This document shows, piece by piece, positions 13,945 through 23,500 of a stretch of DNA of 64,000 nt. The position numbers were made by a program, and so were the translations under genes. This DNA comes from Glaucostegus cemiculus (lineage: Eukaryota), in contig CDPCPM010000793.1 of NCBI GenBank assembly GCA_976551045.1, forward strand, positions 1-64,000, written 5' to 3'. The notes beneath the pieces are model-generated. The model worked only from the letters and a program-made list of their open reading frames with translations. It searched no databases and had not been told where the DNA came from. Numbering within the stretch: position 1 is the stretch's first letter; every line of letters begins with the position of its first letter.

Positions 13945-14290
13945 TCACAGGGTGCCAGTGTCGTTTGCAAGGCCATCTTTTTTTACCCATTCTTACTTGC
14001 ATTTGAACTATATTAATTGTTTGGTCACTTCAGAGAGCAGTTTAGTGTTAACCACATTGCTTTTGGGTCTGGATTCACATCTGGGAAGGACCCAAGGACA
14101 GCAGATTGTCATCCCAAATGAACATTGGTCAAACAGGTGAGGTTTTGGGACAATCTAGTAGTTTCAGAAATATTGTTACTGGGAGCAGCTTTTCATTTCA
14201 GATTTATTTAAATGAATGTGGTGGAGCTTGAACTCGTCTTCAGATCATTAGGCAAGAACCCTAGATTATTAATTTAGTTACATAATGTCT
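13945..14290 (-). mobile_element. tRNA-derived SINE (family shared with 50995-51362)
   Basis: Colinear similarity to 50995-51362 (CACTTCAGAG...AACCACATTG..GGGTCTGGA.TCACA...GGACAGCAG). B-box-like GAGTTCAAG on the minus strand. Confidence 0.6.
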
Positions 14291-14464
14291 GCCCCATTCA
14301 GTTCAGTTTTGTTTAAAATTTCATTATTTACTTGTTTCTAATTAAGTGGTGTAATGGGTTTTCACTATATCTGTCATGATATTCCCTTAATTTCTTTTTA
14401 AATGTTTTATTTCAATAAATTTTAAATGTCTCTGTAAAAGCAGCCTTCAACAACATGATCCATT

Positions 14465-14494
14465 GGGGTGGGGTGGGGTGGGGTGGGGTGGGGT
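14465..14494 (+). repeat. (GGGGT)6 microsatellite, G-quadruplex-capable
   Basis: ggggtggggtggggtggggtggggtggggt. Confidence 0.85.
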
Positions 14495-15164
14495 TGGCGC
14501 AGGCACAAGCCCTGGTCATCCTTTGTGGCTGCTGCATTTAATGGAAGAGCCACAGCATAGAGACCTCCAGCCTGGCCCAAGCTGCAGATAGCACAGCAGG
14601 TAGGCACAGGCATGGCATTAGCAAGGGAACCAAGAGTGTGTGACAGATATGATGGAGCACAATCTGCCCCAATGATTTTATTCCAGAGTACATACTAAAT
14701 CAACTATTATCTCTGTGGACATAATATTGTAAATGGGTAATAATATCCTGACCAAAGAATTGCACAGCATCTCTGACCCATTTCCATAATCCTAGCAGGT
14801 TTTCTCAGTTACAAAATTATGTCCATTAATTGTCCTAATCTTATTTGTGCAGTTCTGAGAAACTCAGGAAATGGCTCCAAGTTTTCTAATCAGCCTTCAC
14901 TGATAAGAATGTTTAAATTCCAGCTTCATTTTAAAGTTAAATCTCACTATTAAAATTTAATGACCATGCGAAGTCATATTGACAATAAAGAATTGTGTAC
15001 AATGCTCACTTCTAGGGTGTTTCACTGTTGTGAGTTGGTTACGTTCAGACTGAATTCAATCCACATCTATCCTTTAATTGCAGTATCAATAAGAGGTGAA
15101 GCTACCTCACACCAATACTATGAATTTAGTATTAATGCACCCATAAATAGAACATCTATTTTTA

Positions 15165-15335
15165 ACAACAAACAACCTGCTGGGGGAAGTCAGTGGATTG
15201 AGCAGCATCTATGAGGGGAGAGGAATTGTCAACTTTTCTTCCCCCTGCCAGATGTTGCTCAACCTGCTGAGTTCCTCCAGCAGATTGTTTGTTGCTCCAG
15301 ATTCCGGCATCAGCAGTTTCTTGTGTTTCCATTGA
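15165..15335. mobile_element. Short fold-back element resembling Penelope-like element termini
   Basis: Arms AACAAACAACCTGCTGGGGGAAGTCAG..TTGAGCAGCATCT and AGATGTTGCTCAACCTGCTGAGTTCCTCCAGCAGATTGTTTGTT are imperfect reverse complements. Confidence 0.65.
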
Positions 15336-15814
15336 TTTTTAACAATGCTTTCATTTTCTTCTGCATACATCAACAATTTACCTTGCATAACTTGCTTGCA
15401 AGTTCTTTCCACATCTGAACCAGAACACACTAGCAGAAAGGCCAGTAACCCCTCATTACATACTCCTAGACATGGTCTTCTTTGTCTAAGGATGGATTAA
15501 TTTTCACAGAGCTTCCAAAAAATTTCAAGGACTTCCCTCTTCTTCCATTACTTTGAGAAACAGTGCTGAAATCTATCAAATGGGTGACTTCAAACTATGA
15601 AGATAATTGCATGAAGCGTTTTCACCTGTGAGATGAATGGTTTCAATCATGGTTTTTGATTAATTAGCTTTAGAGAATAACAACAGTAAGCAAGAATGTA
15701 CAAAATTCACTTCCTTATGTCAAAAACACACAGAAAAAATGTCAAATTGTTTTCCATTTCTAAAACATTATTATTTGAAGTTTAGAAACTAGTTTGCATG
15801 CTATTTAAAATAAT

Positions 15815-15990
15815 AACAGAAAATGCTGGAAATACTCAGCAGGTCAGGCTGCATCTGTGGGATGAGAAACAGACTTAATGATTAACTTGGATTCACTTCC
15901 CATAGATGCAGCCTGACCTGATGAGTATTTTCTTTTAGCATTTTCTGTTTTTATTTTAGATTTTCAGCATCTGTAGTTTTATTGATTTGC
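15815..15990. mobile_element. Short fold-back element resembling Penelope-like element termini
   Basis: AACAGAAAATGCTGGAAATACTCAGCAGGTCAGGCTGCATCTGTGGGA ... TCCCATAGATGCAGCCTGACCTGATGAGTATTT..AGCATTTTCTGTT. Related single arms at ~11855-11945, 16705-16890 and 59075-59190. Confidence 0.7.
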
Positions 15991-16337
15991 ACGTTATTTG
16001 TCTGATCCTTTTGGAATAGGTATAGATAAAGACACAAAGTCAAATCCTATGTTTATTTGCTGAATACATCTTAGGAGTTACTATTAATTTTTTTTGTCAG
16101 TAAGCACAACCTATTTTACTGAGTTGGATACAACTGTAAATGAAAGGCTAACTTATTTTCTGGATTCCTTATGTTCATTTCCATCACACTGTTTTTTTCT
16201 GTATTTGTGTATCATTATTTTTCAGTGCTGTAGAGTTTTGACAACTTGTATCTAACGATTCTGAAGCCAGAACTAAAAGTGCAAGTTACTGTGATCAGGT
16301 AAATGATCACATTAACTTGCACTTATGTTAATCGTCT

Positions 16338-16618
16338 ATATAAGATAAGATATTTATTTATTAGTCACATGTACATCAAAACACATAGTGAAATGCATCT
16401 TTTTGCATTACTGAGAACGTGCTGGGGACAGCCCGCAAGTGTTGCCACTCTTCCGGCACCAACGTAGCATGCCCACAGCTCCCAACCTGTACATGTTTGG
16501 AATATGGGAGGAAGCCAGAGCACCTGGAGGAAACCCATGCAGGCAAGGGGCGAACGTACAAAACCTGGGTTGCTGGTGCTGTAATAGCGTTATGCTAACT
16601 GCTTCACCACTGTGTCAT
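16338..16618 (-). mobile_element. V-SINE variant with Rex1-like 3' tail
   Basis: V-domain GGGAGGAAGCCAGAGCACCTGGAGGAAACCCA. Minus-strand tail TTTCACTATGTGTTTTGATGTACATGTGACTAATAAA(TATCT)n. Confidence 0.7.
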
Positions 16619-16969
16619 GTGGGCAATTGTTAAAAAAAATTCTGCCTCTTGTCTGTCAACTGAGTAGAATTTTGGGTGTTCTCATAACCAGCAAACAAAA
16701 GATGTAGATGTTGGAAATTTGGTAAAGAAAGTGCTGGAAATACGTTTAAGCAAAATCAATGAATGGAAGAAAGTATTAACATTTTAGATACATGCTCCAA
16801 TTCTTCTTATTAAAGATCTTTGACAAAAGTTAATCCATTTGACTTTCTCCTTCTTGTTAAATGTTTCCAACATTTTCTGTATTTTACATATCTAGTCCTA
16901 TATTCTTAAGCACTCACCCAGTCTGCACTGGATTTCTCCAATTGTGAATGTCGAATGCAGTTCACTAGA

Positions 16970-17640
16970 TTAAAAGAAAAGTGAGTGAATCACTACGTCA
17001 CTTGGAAGGACTGCTGGGCCCTGGTCAGTGCAAAGGGAAGAGATAAAAGGTTGTGTATTGCATCTTCTGCAGTTGTACAGGAAGGTGGGGTAGAAAGGGG
17101 AGTAGTTGCTCTCACCCCCTTCCTTCCTGAGCAGAGCAAGGACAGAATTCTCCTGGCCCTCAACTTCACCACCACCCTCCACATGCCATCTGCTTCAATG
17201 AGATTCCACCTTCAGACACATCATTTTCTCCCCTTTCACCATTTCAAAGGGACCATTGTCTTTGTGACTCACTAGCTCACTCTTCTGTCCTCACCCACCA
17301 CTTCCCTTCTAATAGCACTTCCTCAGGCAACCACAGAAGATACAATTCACTTGAACATTTCCTATCTTCGTCTTCACAATGTGGTCTCGTCTACACTGGA
17401 GAAACCAAACATAGATTCAGGCTTCCATTGCTGGCCATATTAATTCTCCATTCTTCTCCCACTCTGACTTACCTGTCTGTGGTCTCTGTACTGTTAAGAT
17501 GAGGCACAATGAAAGCATGAGGCACAGCACCTCATCTTCCACCTGAACATATTCCAGCATTCTGGAATCCATATTGAATCCTATAACTTCAGGTAGCCCA
17601 CTCTCTCTGTAGCAGGACTGCTTTAAATCATCAATCTATG
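16970..17640. mobile_element. Penelope-like element relic (GIY-YIG region); + strand 17085-17640 with an inverted piece at 16970-17090
   Basis: + strand: KDRILLALNF, YTGETKHR, EAQHLIFHLNIFQHSGIHIE. - strand: CRRCNT.PF.SSL..QGP.QSFQV (Cys-rich linker). Confidence 0.7.
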
Positions 17641-17659
17641 ATATTGGCTCAGTCTGACC

Positions 17660-18432
17660 CACTGACCAGTTTACCTGGATCTTGATCAGTTAGGGAAGTG
17701 GGCCAAAGAGTGGCAAAAGGATTTCAATATAGATAGGTGTGAGGTGATGCATTTTGGAATGTCAAACCAACATAGGACTTAGATGATGAATGGTAGGGCA
17801 CTAGGGAGTGTAATGAAACAGAGGGACCCAGGAGTACAAATGCATAGCATAGCACAGCACCACAGATAGACACAGTGCTGAAAAAGGCATTTAGCATGTT
17901 GGCCTTCATTAGTCAAGGCACTGAGTATAGTAGTTGGGACACTATGCTGCATTTGTACAAGTCGTTGGTGAGGCTGCACTTAGAGTACCATGTACAGTTT
18001 TGTTATAGGAAAGATGTGGTTAAACTGGAAAGTGTGAAGAAAAGATTTACAAGGATGCTGCCAGGGCTAGAGGCCCTGAGTTATAGGAAGAGGTTGACCA
18101 GGCTTGGTCTTTATTCCTTGAAGCAATGAGGGGAAATCTTATAGAGGTTTATGAAAGCATAGATAAGGTGGATGGTAGCAGTCTTCTCCCCAGGATAGGG
18201 GAGTCCAAAACTAGGGGGCATAGATTTAGGGAATAAGCTGCCAGACAAAGTGGTTGAGGCAGGTACAATAGTATTACTAAAGAAGCACTTGGATAGGTAC
18301 ATGTAGAAGCGGGACTTAGAGGGATATGGCCAGAATGCGGGAAATTGGGACAAGATAGATTGGCACCATGGTCACCATGGACTTGTTAGGCCAAAGAGCG
18401 GTATCTGTGCAGTATTGCTCTATGACTCTATG
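17660..18432 (+). mobile_element. CR1-like LINE 3' fragment inserted into the Penelope-like relic
   Basis: LYKSLVRLHLEYHVQF.YRKDVVKLESVKKRFTRMLPGLEALSYRKRL.RLGLYSL; tail ..TGCTCTATGACTCTA. Confidence 0.88.
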
Positions 18433-18439
18433 GCCCCTA

Positions 18440-18680
18440 TACCTTATACCCTTAGCAACCTTGGCCTCATCAGAGATATTCCCTTTGTTCTATCCATCCT
18501 TCTATTCTGTCTTAAATTCAAAACCAATTAGTAACTTAAAACTAATTTGTTCTTTGTCTTCCCCCATTCTGACAACATTAACTCTTTTCTTCTTTCCACC
18601 GATTCTGCCTGACATGTTGAGGATTTCCAGCACTTCCTGTCTTTTTGTTTTAATTTGGATTACCATCATCTGCAATTTGA
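18440..18680 (+). mobile_element. 3' terminal part of the Penelope-like element
   Basis: ATCAGAGATATTCCCTTTGTTCT...CTGCCTGACATGTTGAGGATTTCCAGCACTT, matching the fold-back arms at 15815-15990. Confidence 0.55.
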
Positions 18681-19699
18681 AAAACTTGACTTCTGCATAG
18701 ATCCTGGTTTTGAATACACTCAGTAACTCAACCTCCATAGCTCTCTGGGATGGAGATTTCCAATGATTCACAGCCCTCTTAAGGGAAGGAATTCCTCATA
18801 ATCTCAATCTGAAGTGGCTGATCCTTAAATTCTGTCTTCTACTTTTAGATTTAGAATTCCACAATTCAGAGTATTTTGATTTAGCCTTTTGATTCCATAT
18901 TGTCTTGTGTTAGAGCTGCCAAGCTAATTTATAATAAAAATAAATGATGCAATATGAACTTGGACTATTTCCTATTGCTGACCAAATTAACTCACCTGCA
19001 GAATTTGCATTGGCATTCTGGAGTTGCAAGGAGTGTTTTTCTACAGAGGAAGAAGATTCCATTGGAAGATCATGAAGAATGGTTGAATGGTTGAGCAAGA
19101 TCATGAAGAATGGTTGAACAGTGTTTTAATTGAATAACTTTTTAAACAATCTTTCCAATCACATTAATTTTGAAAAATTTTGTAAATTCTTTCCAAAAGA
19201 TGTTGTAAAGTCATAAAAGCTTGTTCATTTAAACATAATCCTAATAATATTTCCAATAACTTACTAAAGAGACTTCTTAAAATCTTTCCATTGCCATATT
19301 TTTTTCAGAAACACTTCCCAAGTTTTTCCATGTATCTTAAAATCTTCACAAAAGTTTATTAATTTGGAAGTTAAAAAACTTGCTAAAAGTTTTAAGAAGT
19401 GGTAAATCATTTTTGTGAATTTCTAAAATGTTTTGGAGAATACTTACACACTGCTTACCTCTTTAAACAGTTCAGATTATTTTTGGGGGATATACTTTTT
19501 GATCTTGTGGGTGGGTCTAGGTTTGACTGTGTAAGGTGATGCCAGATTTTTTGTCCCTGAATGAAATAACAAAACAAAGGGAAAGTCACAGAAAATTCTA
19601 AAATATTTTGTCCAGGTTCTTGCCTGGAAAATTGCTCAAGATGAATGGACAGACTTTAGTGAGGTTGATGTTATGAACTCCAGGTAAGTAAAACCAGAA

Positions 19700-20065
19700 A
19701 CATGCACTTAGTAGTTTTGTAACATCCCAAAGCACCATTCAGCCAAAGAAATTAATATTAAATGTAGTCAATGTTGCAGTGTTAGAAGTTGCCAACACGC
19801 ACACAGCAGGGTGCCACAAACAGCAACCTGACATTGACCAGATAATCCATATCGCTGGGCATATATTGGCAAGGACTTGGAGGACAATTTCACTGCTTTT
19901 GTTAGAATAGTGGCATGGAATCTTTTGTGCCTACCTTCGAGAGCAGATGTGGCTTCGGGATAGAGTCCCAAGCCAAAAACAGCACCTCAAACATTGCAGC
20001 ACTCTCTCAGTATTGTGCTGGTGTCAGCTTAGATCTTGGCCTCAGATCTCTCAAGTGGGACTTGA
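19700..20065 (-). mobile_element. DeuSINE (SacSINE1/AmnSINE1-like) relic
   Basis: Deu-domain-like AATAGTGGCATGGAATCTTTT...CAGCACCTC..ACATTGCAGCACTCTCTCAGTATTG. Confidence 0.65.
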
Positions 20066-20084
20066 TCTGTAACATGATTCAGAG

Positions 20085-20413
20085 ACATAGAGACATGCAA
20101 CACAGGAACAGGCCCTTCAGGCCACCAAGTCTGCGCCAACCATCAAGCATGCACTTACACCAATCCTGCAGGAATGCCATTTCATTCTCCACACATTCCC
20201 ATCAACTATCCAGAGATTCTACCATTCATCTATGCACCAGGTGCAATTTAGTTACCAATTAGCCTACTTTGGTGGGAATACAGAGCACCCAGAGTAAACC
20301 CACACAGTCACAGAGTGAATGTACAAACTCCACACAGACATCACTGGCAGTCAGGATTAAACCCAGGTCACTGGAACTGTGAGACAGCAGCTCCACTGCC
20401 TACTGTGCTGCCC
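20085..20413 (-). mobile_element. V-SINE (HE1-like), apparently inserted in the DeuSINE head
   Basis: GAGCACCCAGAGTAAACCCACACAGTCACAG...ACAAACTCCACACAGACA; tRNA-like head at the right end. Confidence 0.8.
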
Positions 20414-20464
20414 TAGAACGCAAGGTGCTGTGGTCTGAAATGAAGCTAATTGTAATGTTTACAT

Positions 20465-20550
20465 TAAAATAAAAAAAACCCAAAAAGACCATATACATTT
20501 AAAGTGCTGGAAAATCCAACATTTTATTTACTACATTTTGTGACTACATA
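20465..20550 (-). terminator. Distal cleavage/polyadenylation site
   Basis: Minus-strand AATAAA at 20523-20528, two upstream TGTA elements (20532, 20545) and a downstream GU/U-rich element GGTCTTTTTGGGTTTTTTTT (~20471-20490). Confidence 0.6.
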
Positions 20551-23500
20551 AACGCTGAAACATTTTAACACTGAAAAAGCATGATGACATCATCACTTGC
20601 TTTTTTGCTTAGCAAACACAGCAGATGATATTGCACGGCATATAGTGAGAACATTAGCAAAGCTTCAAAACTAAATTAAATTTTCTTAACGCAGTACAGG
20701 AAAGATACTTAGAAACAAACCAGAATAATGCCTATTGCATTACACTCGCAGCTAGCACAAAAATACATAAGAAGCGCTTGACTAAGAGAAAGATTGACAA
20801 AATATCAGCAATAAACTGTAATCATATACAAGAATCACTTAGTTGGAAATGCAGATGCAAACGCATAAACTACTACCGCTTTCTAATTTGCAAAATGTCA
20901 GCAAATTGTCTTATATCAAAACCTTTTTTTTTAAAGCTTTTCTGATTTCATTGCTATGGAAGAACTTCCTCTGGCTCTTGGAAGAGATACTATTAACTAT
21001 GCACCCTTCACCTGTTGATTGTCTTAGGCGCTCTCTTTTAGGTATTAACTCCAAGGCAATCTAACTTGAAAGCGGAAGTGCAAAAATGCTGTCCAATTAA
21101 CTTTTCTCGAATCAAGGAACAATAAAGCTGAAAGTGTGCATTATTGATGACAAGAAGCACGGTTGAATTTCTTGGACAAAAGAGGGAAGAGGTTGTGTAA
21201 ATCCAGTCTGCAATGCACCACCAACGTTTGCTGTTACTTGTTGGTGTTAACTGTTAAATTATTAGTCGCAATATGTTATTACTACTGAGAAATTACTAAT
21301 GCAACTCCATCAGTTGCTTTGTATATTTGATCATTAAACTCGCGTTGTAACATATGTTGGTTACATCCTGTGGTTTACTTCATTCCAACGATGTACCTGG
21401 CAATATCTTACAGCTTAGTTTATTAGTGCAGTTTAAAATTGCGCTGTGTATTGCACGGTTGGAATTTATCTACATAAAAAATCACCAACCCCACACATTT
21501 TCAGTTTATTATTAGTCTAATGTCTAGGAAAATTCAGCGGACTAAAGGTAACATCCAACCATCTTGATTGATATAATTGTCAAACTGAAGGAGGTTAGTT
21601 AAATGTTCCCGATTAATCAGTGGCGCTTATTTGCATGATCTCAGACTCCAGAGTCCAACATCACTGTTTATTATTAGTTAAATAAACATGTTTCTGGAAA
21701 ACAAGGACTATCAGACAGAAGTAATTGGTTTAAAAGATAGATAAATACAGGTTAAAATGCTGGTAAGTGCGTCAAATACAACTTTATTAAATAATATAAA
21801 TCACGGTTTCAAAAATGTACGTCAGTACCTCTAAGGTCGGATATTACCTTTCTATATTATATCCGTAACTTCGATGGGACCGCCACCGTTCCAGCAACGC
21901 TGCCCCGCAGGCAAATACGCTTCAGGAACCCTTGGCCATTTGGGGAAATGTTGTCCGGCTGAACTATCTAAGTCACGATCGTGTCCCCGAAAACTGAACT
22001 TAAAGTGGGATAATGGTTTCCAGCATCAGGTTAGGTTGCCCGTAAAGTTCTTCGCCTTCTGCTTTCTATGCCCGTGCGAATGACAGATTAAAACAATGCT
22101 TAGACTTCACAAATCCCAGTGCTTCAAACATTAAACAAATTTTAAAATTCTTTGGAATTGTGGTCTTCCTCGAGGGAAGACCCTTCCTTAGTATATATTT
22201 TTAAAACACAAAAAGAGACTTTAAACAAATCTTACAAGCCTTCTAAGTGACGAAGTGATAACTTCAGTGATAATTGAACCTTATTTTTTTTGGCATTTTA
22301 ATTCGTTGGGATCTGGCAGTGTTTGTAACATTTGAAGTGTCCGCAAAGAGATTTCAGACGATATCAGACTCTGCACCTCTACAGCATTTTTTTCCCCACC
22401 AGCTTTCTGGGAACACGAGAACAGAACTCTTTACCTGCAGACTGTATCAGAAAGCTTTGGTTGCTTTAGGAACCTACTATGTACACTATTTTAAAGATGT
22501 ACAGATGCATAAATTAATACAAAAATCAAAACAAATCTTCACATAAGATAAAATGAATTAAAACAAATCACAGCACACGAACATTTTTGCAAGAAATACT
22601 TACACGCATCTTAGCAGAGAATGGCTTACCCTGTGAAAAGACTATTTTTTAATATAACACAAAAAAAGTTCAATTAACAGAAAAGTTAGGTTTCCCCTCA
22701 GAACCAACAGCAACCAACCCTGCACTACCACCTCGTCTTCAAAATACTTCTTCCTCGAGCCCATCAGAGTTCTGCCAAATCTACAAAATAAATAATTATA
22801 AAGCTTTGAAGTAACGTTAACAATTATCAAACTATTAAGTTCTGCCTTATCACATAGACTCTCTATACAACATAACCCTAAAGATTTATTACTATGAGGT
22901 ATCTTGAGAAATTGATAAGGAATGCACGGCCTGCGTTGTGTGAATACTCTAGGACGCAAAAAAGAGCTTTGGTAGTCAGCAAAAAGTGGAAATATCCTTT
23001 GGTATCAAAGAAAGTTTCATTGCATGGTTGCATGCAAAGCACCACGGTGAAAAGTTATTCCTTTTTTTTTAAAGTAGTGGCCTTTCTAGAGGCTGAGGTA
23101 TTCAAGAGTAAGGTGAGAAGAGGTCAACAGCGGTTTAACACTTTGGTTCAAGCAAGGCACTCGTCCTATGATTTTACAAATTTTGCAATATGTTTGCCTA
23201 TAGCTTTTATGAAGAAAACTTCACACTGAGTGACAGTTGAGGGTTTAAGGAAAGAACGCCGAGTAGCCCACTCACGAAGGCCGTGCAAGAAAAATCTTTG
23301 GTATTCTTTGGTATCATCAATGTGATTAAAATCACGAATGGAAATCGAGTGAGGTAGCGTCTTTGGTTCACACTATAAATAGTAGATCTTTACACATTTT
23401 TACACGTGGAAGCAGCTATTTTACCTTTGCTTCTTTGTCTTAATAATAGTAAATGATTACCAAATGTATCGTAAAGCTAACCACACCACAAGAAACACAA

